Shown: positions 12,931-23,772, numbered from the stretch's first letter. The stretch is 35,889 bases of DNA from Nemertoderma westbladi (GCA_032718475.1 JAUCBJ010005627.1:1-35889); one strand, 5' to 3'. Notes: generated by a model from the letters alone, not told the origin. Program-made: numbers and translations.

Positions 12931-14283
12931 TTGCAGTATCAGCCATACACGCAGCCAACAACAAAAACCCCAAACCCATTAGGCGCAAATAAGTCATGCG
13001 ACATGGAATCTTTTCGGGTGGCCGGAAAGATAGGGTTACGAACGAGGCCAAGCAAGATGGCGGTAACCACTATCTCGAGTAAAGACGAGGTCTTGAAGAT
13101 GAGAACGGGGCGTTGCAAAATATCAGCGATAACGCCAGGGTGCGATTATGGGGAGACCATTGATCCCATTCAAATAATAGAATCGATTAATATTAATGCC
13201 AGGCGACCCACGAAGATCGAGGTCGAACAATACCAGTACCTGGACAACATCGATTTCTCTGTACCCGAACTGGATCTCTATCTCATAGTCGGCATGGACT
13301 GCCCGACGGCCCACGGGAGACGTTCCTGGCGAGTCGGAGAGGATGGGGGGCAAGGCCCGATGGCGATTCTCACACCATTTGGATGGACACTCAGCGGCCC
13401 AATCAAGTCTAGAATTCCGTTCAGCATGTCGGAATCCTCAGGGTGCATGTTCGCAGGAACAATGAGAGAAATGGAGGACGGAGGAACAGAGAAGAAACCA
13501 AAGACGGGCGATGGAGAGGTCCCATATGGAAAGCGGCCCGAGGGAAAACACCAGGATTCGGGTATGGATCTGGAACCACGCATAGTGGAACGTGGTGAAA
13601 GGGTGGAGGACAGAGAAATACTGCCAACAGATGAGTCAGGAGGAGAAACAACAGCAAGAGAGTGGTTGGAGGAGAATGGGTTCGACGCAGAGGACCTAGA
13701 GGCGATGGGATGGAACATAGATGTTCCTAGCGAGAATCGGTATGGGGATGGAGAAGAGTGGACGGCGAGATATCCGGAGAGGTGTCCAGAACAGACGCCG
13801 GTCCAGTTGAGAAGCATACCGATGGGGAAGAGGTCGAGTAGGATAACAGAATGGAAGGGGAGAAGACGTAAGAAATTTAGACCAAGGGCGGAGAAGCCCA
13901 TGATGAAGCGTGACAAAGGAGGCAGGAAAGTTGGAGAGGGCGTGTTGTACACACACACGGGGCTGGCAAAGTGCGAGGGGGCAAAGTGCGAGGGGGCAAA
14001 GTTCGAGGGGGCATTGAATGGTAGACCATTATGCGTACCGAAGGATGACCGAGGGTCATCGGGGGCTTTGATGCCGGCGCACATATTGAGGGGGAGGCCA
14101 GCAAAGGTGGCATATACCAGTGAGGATGACAAGAAGGGCGACATTCTACTGCCAAGTGATGACAAGATGAAGGGTGGCATTTTGCCGCTAGGGGACGACG
14201 ATGAGGAGTTCTGTGGGGCGGAGGAGAGACCCGATTTAGGGTGGAGGAGAAGGGAAGGTCAGATCCAAGAGAGTTGGAACTGA
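12931..14283 (+). pseudogene. Bel/Pao pol remnant: C-terminal part of the aspartic-protease region fused in frame to the post-catalytic integrase segment
   Basis: YQYLDNIDF..LDLYLIVGMDCP..GPMAILTPFGWTLSGPI, then ALNGRPLCV..D..ALMPAHILRGRP. No YVDD, RNase H or HHCC/DDE motifs between them. Confidence 0.75.
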
Positions 14284-14412
14284 TGGAGGAGAAGGGAAGG
14301 TCAGATCCAAGAGAGTTGGAACTGACAGAAGAGAAGGGGAGGTCAGATCCAAGAGAGTTGGAACTGACAGAGGAGAAGGGAAGGTCAGATCCAGGAGAGT
14401 TGGAACTGACAA
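14245..14412 (+). repeat. 42-bp tandem repeat, 4 copies
   Basis: GAGGAGAAGGGAAGGTCAGATCCAAGAGAGTTGGAACTGA.. four times with few substitutions. Confidence 0.95.
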
Positions 14413-15190
14413 GGAGAGGGGAATGAAGAGTAAGAGGACCTACAGGGGGGCAGTGGGAGAGTTGCCTGCTGCAAGAATGGCCCCTTGGTTGTTGGGTCGC
14501 CCAATAAGTTGGACTGGGGGGGGGGGGGGGGGGTGGGAATGAGGGCGATACACCTTTCCTACAAATAAATAATATAAAATAATATATAAAAAATAATAAT
14601 ATGAGTAGGTACAATTACGTACGTCTGATGGGTACATAATGTACAAATACATACGTACCAACATACAGTAATTTATGCATGCCGGGTCAATGGGACCAAA
14701 TACCGAATCAACGGGAATGATGACTAGAATAGTAGGACGAGACTTTAGACGGATCTCACTGACATGATGTACACATGCGTGGGACCCGATGAGAGTGAGG
14801 AGAGTGGCAGCTGGGGAAGTATGGGAAGGAGGTGTTGACATGTGAGGGAGTGAAAGGAGTGCAATTCAAGTGTGGGGAGCGAGCACGGAGGATAATGAGT
14901 CCCAAGGGACTGGTGAGAGAGGTAGGGAAGGGAAGAGACAGCGAGGTCCGTGAAGAAGATTTGAGTAAGGTTAAAGAAAAATTGTGTGGATAGTGAGCAC
15001 AATAGTCTCAAACAGAGACACCAGATACCTCGGTGCAACATAGCTCGCGATTGCACCAAGGATGGGTAGTAATAACAGACCCAGGGGGGGGGGGGGGGGG
15101 CAGGTCTGGAATGCCGACCCCGAGAAGAAAACTCCACCCACACCCAATATTAGATTGGGTTACAGTGGAATTGAAGCGCACTTGACGTTG

Positions 15191-15227
15191 ATGCTATCTT
15201 CTCTCCGGGAAGATAGCATGGGGGGAG
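15191..15227 (+). promoter_or_regulatory. Hairpin plus polypurine tract of the Bel/Pao element
   Basis: ATGCTATCTTC (15191-15201) pairs with GAAGATAGCAT (15209-15219); GGGGGGAG follows and abuts the 3' LTR. Confidence 0.8.
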
Positions 15228-15814
15228 TGTAAGCGTATTCAATTCCCTTACATTACCCACCCGAAAATGGGTCCAGTGGCATTTTACCAATATAGTTGGC
15301 GATACGAGATTACCAATAATAATCTCGCCTCATAACCAAGCTAGAACACAGCTAGTTGAGGCTAGCAGTAGGGGGTAACACCTACAGGGAGTGCCAAAGT
15401 GACAATTAGTATATAAGCCAATAGCGGGCAGGGGAGCACGTGGGGAAAGATAGGAAAGCATCCATTGGGTAGCGAAGGCCAAAGTACAGTAGAGGTGAAA
15501 CCAATATGTATGTGTATCAATCATATATTTACTCTGATTACTGGTTTACCGGTCAGTTCATTAATCACACAGTTAGGGACCGGCAATAGTTTAGACCGTC
15601 ATTTCATATACTGCTGTTATCATTCTGTATTGCAATTTCTACTGTTATCTGTTATACATTCTGTGCTATTAACGTTGGAACATTAACAACGAGAAACACA
15701 AACTCTGTTATTTTCCCGACGGCCTTCGGCCAAAGGTATTAGTTCAGCAGCCCAGCAGCAAAGTGACGTGTACAACCTAACCCGGTCGGGATCATTGAAC
15801 TCAATCCCGTCACA
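15228..15814 (+). repeat. Bel/Pao 3' LTR (587 bp)
   Basis: Direct repeat of 9177-9817; carries about 20 bp near 15461-15480 that the 5' LTR lacks. Confidence 0.95.
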
Positions 15815-16850
15815 CCTAGTAAAGTCAAATTGTTACCAAAACGTAGGCCTACTAATGTTTTATACTTTGAAGCTAAGACATAACATGAATAAGTAGAATT
15901 TACAAAATTTACAAACACCGGCAAAGAAATGATATGGACTTCAAATTCATGCCAATAAACAGACTTGATGTAATATTTCTGACATAAAAGGAAAGGCCGA
16001 TTTTTTTTAAATCATAAAGCTTTTGACTAAAAATATTTATAGAACTTGAAAATGTAATAGTTTGGCCATACTATGGAAAAAAGTTTTACATGTGTAGGTT
16101 AATTTCAATTTTTTACCCTCTGGTTGACACGTTTTCAACCCTGTCCTCATACCAGATACACTTTTCTGGCAACCAGCACATGGAAACCGTACCCATGGAT
16201 GACCGGCTACAAAAAATATAGACCAGTCCTGAATAATGTTTACAGTGAAAGTGAAACCCGTGATGAATTAATTTCCTACTGTAAATTAATATCTTGGGAA
16301 GCGCATTGGGTTTTTAACTACGAAGCTTCAAACTCCAATACACTGCATAAACCATTTACTGCAGTCCTTAAACGTTACTGCAGTAACATAAACCCTTACC
16401 ACGTAGCCTAAAACGTTACTCCAGTAAAGTTTGAGCGTTTATGTACGTTACAACCCCCCACCACCAGTTCCACACAACCTCAGACAATACGTTAGTACAC
16501 GAACCCAACTGCTGTTATAGGCTACACATCCATACATGTTAGAGGTTTTGAGCCTAAAGAGACGCATCATTACTGTATAGTCCATAATATTTGTCGTTAA
16601 TGAAGTTTTTTTATTAGGTCAGTAAACAACATGCTGTAATTACTAATATGAATTTGAGGCTAATGTAACCGTAGGCGGGGAATTTCAAGGTGGATTATTT
16701 GAGACACTGCGATATTTTTGTTACCCCTTTTAGCGGCAGCATTAAGGGTAAGGTTCTATCCGAAATGGATAGCGGCACTACCAAAATAGAACAAGTAGTG
16801 TTGTATAAAAAAAAAAAGTCAAGTTTAAAGGTTTGGGACTTCACTTTATA

Positions 16851-18052
16851 CACCATGTCCCGTAATATAGTGTCATTTTCTGATGACACGGACCCCCCCC
16901 CCCCCCAGATTTTTCTACAAATCTTTATCATATTGCTTGAAATTTGAAACACCACTAGTTCCACTCACCGTCGATGACCCCTTGAAGCCGGAATTTTTGA
17001 TTTCGCCTAAAAAAAATTTTATAGGCTTTTTAAAAAAGTGTCTTTTGCGAAATCGCACCCTCCGTATCGTGGACATTCTTCACATTAGTCGTAATCGTAA
17101 TCATATCATTAGAAAGCTTGCATTGCAAGGATTCCAAATATGTAACAATATCTGAATTTCGTTGAGAAACAGCGGAGATATAAACGTTCAAAGATTGCAA
17201 GAATTATCGTTCGCTGAAGGCCATTTATTCTATTTAATAAATACACAATGTTCTGGAATAATTTGTTTAAGTATGAATAGCTACACAATAGTAATGGTAT
17301 GTAGTATGTAAATCTTTATTAATAATTATAATGATGTTGAGTTAAATTATTGTAATCGAGATCATTATAATCTATTTATATGTATATACTATAATCAATT
17401 TTAATATAATATACTTATGGCCCTTATTTATTTATCGTAATTCGTATGTATCGTATTGTTTAATAACTATTGTCAATCAGTCAGTCAGTTGTCTTTATGA
17501 TCGTGTATTTTATCCTGTGCTACTGTACTACTGTATTTAAATTTATATTTTATGGGCCACGAACTGGATTAAAGATAATAACAATAATAATAATAATATA
17601 TATATTGGATAGGAATACCGATGTTGCCAACCAACTTATAAATAAATAACACATTCTAGAATTTTGTATATTTATCAAATAGAATAAATGGCCTGCAGTG
17701 AACGATAATTCTTGGAATCTTTGAACGCCTATATCTCAGCTGTTTCTCAACGAAATTCAGATATTGTTACATATTTCGAATCCTTGCAATGCAAGCTTTT
17801 TAATAATATGAAAAAATTACGACTAATGTGAAGAATGTCCACGATACGGAGGGTGCGATTTCGCAAAGAGACTTTTTTAAAACGCTTATAAAAAAAATTT
17901 AAAGGCAAAATCGAAAATTCCGGCTTCATGGGGTCAACCACGGTGAGTTGAACTAGTTGTGTTTCAAATTTCAAACAATGTGATAAAGATTTGTAGAAAA
18001 ATCTTGGGGGGTCCGTGTATCAGAAAATTACACTATATTACGGGACATGGTG
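16851..18052. mobile_element. Non-autonomous foldback/MITE-like DNA transposon with about 400-bp inverted arms and TA flanks
   Basis: TA|CACCATGTCCCGTAATATAGTGT ... ACACTATATTACGGGACATGGTG|TA; about 16851-17275 is the reverse complement of about 17640-18052. Confidence 0.9.
17295..17598 (+). mobile_element. Possible non-LTR retroelement 3' fragment inserted in the centre of the foldback element
   Basis: AT-rich block ending ATTAAAG followed by (AAT)n; the related copy near 18770 has only a short centre. No clean TSD found. Confidence 0.35.
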
Positions 18053-18168
18053 TACAAGGGTAGATTGGATATGTGCAACGTCAGCACAAAGATTGCGACT
18101 TGAAATATCCACAAATAATAATTGGTAATTTAAACATAATAATATTAAAATGTAAGGTTATAATAATA

Positions 18169-18538
18169 CACCATGACACGTAATATGGTGTCATTTTCTC
18201 ATGACACGGAACCCCCCCCCCCCCCCCCCCCCAAATTTTTCTACAAATCTTTGACATATTGCTTGAAATTTGAAACACAACTAGTTCGACTCACCGTGGT
18301 TGTTACCATGAAGCCGGAATTTTTGATTTCGCCTTTAAATTTTATTCATAAGCGTTTTAAAAAAGTGTCTTTTTCGAAATCGCACCCTCCGTATCGTGGC
18401 CATTCTTCACTTTAGTCGTAATTTTTTCATATCAATAGAAAGCTTGCGTTGAAAAGATTACAAATATGTAACAATGTCTGAATTTCGTTGAGAAACAGCT
18501 GAGAAATAGAAAATGACACTATATTACGGGTAATGGTG
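18169..18538. mobile_element. Internally deleted member of the same foldback family (long left arm, about 30-bp right TIR)
   Basis: TA|CACCATGACACGTAATATGGTGTCATTTTCT ... AGAAAATGACACTATATTACGGGTAATGGTG|TA; body aligns with 16851-17180. Confidence 0.85.
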
Positions 18539-18639
18539 TAATATTAGTAATGATTTCATTTCCGATGAAAGTTTTCAAATACGACGGTATCGTGGACAGT
18601 CGGTCAGTCAAACGGACAGTTTCAGAAGCCATCAATTAT

Positions 18640-19234
18640 TTGTGATATGGGCATTCGAAAGTTGCATGTACAGATGTATTTGCTTCCCCTACAGGCCATT
18701 TATTGTATTAAATAAAAATACCATATTCTAGAACATTTTGTTTATGTATGAATAGCTACGTAATAGTATAATTAAAGAGGTATTGCATTGTTGCCCAGCT
18801 ACATAGATAAACAATATGTTCCAGAATATAGTACATTTATAAATAAATAGAATAAATGGCCTGCAGGGAAGCAAATACATGCAACATTCGAGTGAACATA
18901 TATCAGCTATTTCCCAACCAAAATCAAATGTTTTTACATATTTGGAATCCTTGCATGGGCAGCTTTCTATTGGTACCAACAAATCACTATAAGGTTGAAG
19001 AATGATTACACTGTGACCTGTGAAATATCGTCGGAGACACCTTTTCAAATACTTGTAGCTAAGGATTGAAAACAAAAATAAAAATTCTAGCTCACCCACG
19101 GAGGAGGTGGGGGGTGAAATTACATATGTTTCAAATATCATGTAATCTCATTAAGATTTGTAGACAAATTTGTGGGGGGGGGGGGGGGGGGGGGCAGTTT
19201 CCTGAATAACGACACTATATTCCAGGACATTGTG
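18640..19234. mobile_element. Diverged, left-truncated relative of the foldback family
   Basis: Ends GACACTATATTCCAGGACATTGTG|TA; internal inversion (GGCCATTTATT / AATAAATGGCC) centred near 18770; left end approximate. Confidence 0.7.
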
Positions 19235-19449
19235 TATATAAAATATAATGTAATTAGGTCTTTTGTTCAGTTCATTTCATATAAACTAATGAATTATTGA
19301 ATATTATAAAAAATACTTGTTTCACAATTTACTGTAGTCATCAATGAAAAAGCAGAATTTGATTTCAGAGTGAATAGATAAATAAATATCATAGTGTCTA
19401 GATCGACATCATAATGTTTATGTGCGTAACAGGTGTTGGTTGTGTCTTG

Positions 19450-21705
19450 TTAGGTTATGATTCTTCTAGACGCTTTATCGGCTTCACTAAAATCGTCAGT
19501 TTCATTTACTATATAAACCCCGGAATCGTGTTTGCTCGGTTCTGATTGGTTATAATCCACAGAGTCCACATGAACCCCCTTATCATCATTAACAACCATT
19601 ATATCCGGGTCGCTTTCTTCCGAACCACCATCGCCATTAGCCCGTCCTTCCGGGTATTCTTCCGGTTGGTAACTGCTGTTATTTACGAAGCCGACGAATT
19701 CGGTTTTCTTTGGAGGCAGACCGTTTCCGGTAACTTGCGCTGCTTCTGGCGACTTGGTTTCGCGACGTTTCTGGTACGATCTCACAAGGAAGTATACGAG
19801 ACCGCAGACGATAATCCCGCCGATAATTCCTACTGATATTAAGATTATTTGGCTGCTGTCGGGACCCTCTGGAGGCGCCTCACTTGCCCCCATATCTGTA
19901 GTTGTTTCGCCGCTTCCCTGGCTCCTTGTTACATGTATTCCGGCTTTGTTAGTTATGGCGTTGCCGCTGCTGTCTGTAATGTAATCTGGCGGTGCGATGG
20001 TTAGTCCACTACCGGTGTCCTCGTCAGTAACAACGCGACCGTTGTAATCAGTCACGTGATTTATAGGACCCCCGGCAGCATCTGTAATCGCTAGACCTTG
20101 TGTATTAGTGGCTACATCGTAGGGAGCTTTTGTGATTGGCTGGCTGCTTCCTGGATCAGTGATCACGTGACCCACTGAATCAGTTATCACATTAGAGGGC
20201 GCATTCGTGATTGGTTGGCCACCATTTGGATCAGTAACGTATTTGTTATCACTGTCTGTGATGTACTGTGGGGGCGGGTTGGTGACAGGTTGACCATTAC
20301 CATCCTTAATCACGTGACCGTAATCATCCGTTACATAGCCGATAGTCTGACCAGCCTTGTCTGTAGCCAGATCACCCGAACTGTCAGTCACGTGTTTCTT
20401 AATTCCACTCGTGACCTTATCACCAGATGGTTCTGTTACAATCTTCCCAGTGTTATCTGTGACATATATAATGGGCTCGCCATTATCATGTGTAACTACG
20501 TCACCATTTGGTCCAGCCGTGATGTATTGAGGCGTGCTCACTATAACTCCGTCCCCATCACTATCCGTAACAACGACCCCTGTATTGTCTGTTACATGGT
20601 GGACAGGAATTCCCCCATCGTCGGTTACCACGGACCCGTCTGGATTAGTGACAATGTCAGCTGGATGCGTTGTTGGTGACTCAGGACTCGTAGCTTCTTC
20701 CGGCAACTCCACCAGTATTGTGGACACTTGGTATAATTTACTAGTGGGTGCCGGACCCATCACCCTGTGTGGTGTAGGTTGATCCTCCAGCAAATTAATC
20801 CTATCTAAATAACCGGTATAAGTAACTTTCCCTTCGAAATCATATTTCTGGAAATATGTATAGTAAGCAAATCCCTGATGAACTGATAAACTGTATAAAA
20901 CATCAACATTTTTGATTGAACCTTCTGAATCAAATTTATACACTTCTTTAATATCAGTTGCCAAAAGAGTATCTTGATTTTCCGCTACCTTGAATCTTGT
21001 AATGCCAGCAACTGGTTTACCTTCTCCAACATAAAGATATTTAGTCGTGGCATCGAAACTCAACCCGTTTGGCCATTGTAGAGGAATTGTCGATTGAATC
21101 TTTTGTGCTGCTGCTTCAGTAAAACCCCCCATATGTCCCCGCATTACCTTCGGGTCCGAACCGAAATCAGTCCAGAAAATATGCCAGTTGGGAATGTCTA
21201 GAGTGATAGCTCGTGGTTTGTGTATGATGTTCGCGTCCGTGTACAGATTCTCTACGTGGCTTCCATCCAATGAGCTGCGTTGTATCCGTCTCGTATCCCT
21301 TGCCGTCCAGAACATCATCATGGCATTGGTCAGTGGATGTCTCCCACCTATGGCGATACCATCAACTCGGCCAATATCTCCGTGGCTGATCAAACTCGGC
21401 TCCATGGATCCGTTTGTCGATGGGTACCTGTAAATCCCTCTGTCGTTCAGATATTCAAGTTCTTGATAGTCAACGCTAAAGAATATGGTGACATGATTCG
21501 TAGAGTTTTTGTAGGCAGCGACAGCGCTCGCGTTTTTGACTGCGAGCACCGGTTGAGATTCACCGTGATACCCCAGTATAGCTTCGTGGATATGGTTCTG
21601 CGAGGCGGTAACTACAAGTGTTGCTAGATCCTCTCCAACGGTTTCGGTTGGAGCGTAAACGAGGTAACATAATGCAATATAAAGAAAAATCATGCTTGTA
21701 GCCAT
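19450..21705 (-). CDS. Intronless type I membrane protein, 751 aa: signal peptide, YWTD (LDLR class B)-like beta-propeller, Thr/Asp/Gly repeat stalk, TM helix, cytoplasmic tail
   Basis: Uninterrupted 2256-bp ORF. Hydrophobic N-terminus MIFLYIALCYLVYA; MFWTARDTRRIQRSSLDGS, KPRAITLD..HIFWTDFGSDPKVMRGHMGG, LQWPNGLSFD..YLYVGEG; TM IILISVGIIGGIIVCGLVYFLV (aa 620-641) followed by RSYQKRR. Confidence 0.9.
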   Translation of the reverse strand: MATSMIFLYIALCYLVYAPTETVGEDLATLVVTASQNHIHEAILGYHGESQPVLAVKNASAVAAYKNSTNHVTIFFSVDYQELEYLNDRGIYRYPSTNGSMEPSLISHGDIGRVDGIAIGGRHPLTNAMMMFWTARDTRRIQRSSLDGSHVENLYTDANIIHKPRAITLDIPNWHIFWTDFGSDPKVMRGHMGGFTEAAAQKIQSTIPLQWPNGLSFDATTKYLYVGEGKPVAGITRFKVAENQDTLLATDIKEVYKFDSEGSIKNVDVLYSLSVHQGFAYYTYFQKYDFEGKVTYTGYLDRINLLEDQPTPHRVMGPAPTSKLYQVSTILVELPEEATSPESPTTHPADIVTNPDGSVVTDDGGIPVHHVTDNTGVVVTDSDGDGVIVSTPQYITAGPNGDVVTHDNGEPIIYVTDNTGKIVTEPSGDKVTSGIKKHVTDSSGDLATDKAGQTIGYVTDDYGHVIKDGNGQPVTNPPPQYITDSDNKYVTDPNGGQPITNAPSNVITDSVGHVITDPGSSQPITKAPYDVATNTQGLAITDAAGGPINHVTDYNGRVVTDEDTGSGLTIAPPDYITDSSGNAITNKAGIHVTRSQGSGETTTDMGASEAPPEGPDSSQIILISVGIIGGIIVCGLVYFLVRSYQKRRETKSPEAAQVTGNGLPPKKTEFVGFVNNSSYQPEEYPEGRANGDGGSEESDPDIMVVNDDKGVHVDSVDYNQSEPSKHDSGVYIVNETDDFSEADKASRRIIT

Positions 21706-21974
21706 TTCTACATCTAAAGTTCGAGTTTATCCTCTTTGAAAAACATGGGTGGCAAATAATGCACAAGCATGCAAGTAGTCACGCAATGCAATGTCCAAAC
21801 CCTACGCGCTAGGAGTGGTATGTAGATACACACTCTTGCAAGATAAAGTAATCACAAATATGTTCATTATTATAACTTTTGTTGGGCACAGTTTTGCAAA
21901 ATCGGCAATGACGTCCATGAGGGATTGAACTGGTGACCTCCGGGTTGGAAATCTGAGGGGGGCATTTGTAAAAC

Positions 21975-22360
21975 GAGGATCCCAACAAAATCAGTCAGTG
22001 GATCCTGTTGCGGATTCCATAGAAGCAATGGCGGATCCCAGTAGGATCCGCGGATCCTAGAAACAGCGGATCCGCGGATTCTATAATAGTCTATGGTATC
22101 CGCCGAATACAAATTTGTTAACCGCGGATCCCATAGTAAACATTAAGGCCGCGGATCCCATAGAAGAAATGGCGGATCCCAGTAGGATCCGCGGATCCGC
22201 GGATTCTATAATAGTCTATGGTACCGCCAAATACAAAATTGTAAACCGCGTATCCCATTGAAAACCATGACTGCCGCGGATTCCATAGACACCATTGTGT
22301 TACCTTTACGTGTCTCTTATGGTGTCCGCTATTTACAAATTTGTAAAAAGCGGATCCCGT
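21975..22360. repeat. GCGGATCC-rich composite tandem repeat (first unit 141 bp, about 2.2 copies)
   Basis: AGAAG(C/A)AATGGCGGATCCCAGTAGGATCCGCGGATCC at 22021 and 22162; many dispersed (G)CGGAT(C/T)C motifs. Confidence 0.85.
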
Positions 22361-23772
22361 TCATACAATGAAATTCCCTGATTGTTGACACTAGTCTTGA
22401 TTCCATACATCAGTACCGGTACCGGAGGGGTGGGGTGTAAGCCTTTCATTGCCCTTTCCGAAGGAATCGAAGTCAAGTTTATTTGACTGTTGTTTATTAT
22501 TATCCAAACATATGGAGCATTAACGGTGGGACGGCATGATATTAAAACGAAATTCAACATATTATCCTTAAAACCTACTGTAACTAAAAAAACTTCCCAC
22601 CACCACACTCTCCTATTAGCTGATAAGGTTGCTAGGCTACCAGCCAAAACATAAACAAACAACTGTTTAACTGCACGGCCCTTTCATTGAAAAACACAGT
22701 ATCTCAAACTTTTCAAAAAATGAGTTTTATTGTAACATTCGAATCAGGAAACTGTTCTGCGCCTGGCTGTGAAGTTTCCCTGGGCCTGAACTGTATGTAT
22801 ACTACCAAATTCCTGCCAGCTATGGTAGCCCAGCACCGTCCTCCAGACCGAGGCCAGTCCTCCATTTGGCCATCGACCCACGAACGCAATGGCAACACAA
22901 CCAACGCATTAAAACACATTAACATTAATGGTATATTAAACCTATTTGACGGTGCAATAAACCTCGGCGCCTCGGCGGATACGGGGAGATCCATCTGTAT
23001 CACACTCGAGGGGGGGATGGAAGGGGTGCTGTCATAGGTTCAGTTATTTCGGATGGAGTACATACAATTTTTAAAATACTGTAAAATGACATGAAAATTT
23101 ACTTCATTTATCTTACATACAACCCCTTTAAGTATAATTGACTTGTGTTTTTATTTATATTTTCATATATCCGTTTGTTTATTTTATTATTATATTATTT
23201 ATTAGGCCCATATGAAGAATACCAGACTTTCTGCCGTTATATTTCACTTTGCAGTTACCCCCATGTGAAGAATACCAGGTTTTCACAAAAAACACAGGTT
23301 ACAGAAGGGCTGAATTTAACCAAAACAATTTACAAATTAGTATATGTACAGGTTATAAGACACATAAGCGCTATAAAACACTTAATAAAGATAAATTTAT
23401 ATAAATAAAAAATCTTCATATATACAATTCTAATAAAAAGTCGACCAAAAAGTGAATACTGAAAATTGAAAATTTTTAGTTTTTTAATTATGCATAACTT
23501 GCAATCAACTTTATAAAACCGCTTCATATTTCATTGTAACAACAATTTTGATGAGGGATTTCAGAAAAAAAATGGAATTTTTTTATTTGAAGAGTATGAC
23601 GTCATTTAATGACGTCATATTTGAAATACGCCGTTTCGTCAAAAAATATCAAGGGCTTTTGCCAAAATAAGTCAAGTACTACTGTATATTTTTACTTATA
23701 GCATAAGCCCGGTTCACAATGGAGCAATAAGGTCCTCCATTGTAATTCTGAATATAATTAATTATAGTTTTG

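Larger units (their letters stand above)
9177..15814 (+). mobile_element. Bel/Pao LTR retrotransposon, non-autonomous (RT, RNase H and integrase core absent)
   Basis: Paired LTRs TGTAAGCG...CCGTCACA; 5-bp TSD CCTAG at 9172-9176 and 15815-15819; PPT GGGGGGAG before the 3' LTR; Bel/Pao-type motifs LIVGMD..GPMAILTPFGWTLSGP and LNGRPL..ALMPAHILRGR. Confidence 0.9.

Noticed and set aside
14245-14412. Regular short repeats considered as a CRISPR-like array (also the repeat near 22000)
   Set aside because: Head-to-tail units without unique spacers, no cas genes, eukaryotic context.
13278-14614. 300-aa and 245-aa minus-strand ORFs
   Set aside because: Ser/Pro/Phe-rich antisense translation of purine-rich Bel/Pao sequence and tandem repeats.
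8881-16144. TA-CAGGGT ... ACCCTG as a possible MITE interrupted by the Bel/Pao element
   Set aside because: Inverted match is only about 6 bp and the right flank is not TA.
16690-19141. Similar-looking ORFs (LKFET.LV.LTV..P.KPEF) suggesting a small gene family
   Set aside because: Translations of the foldback element arms; frames are not conserved among copies.
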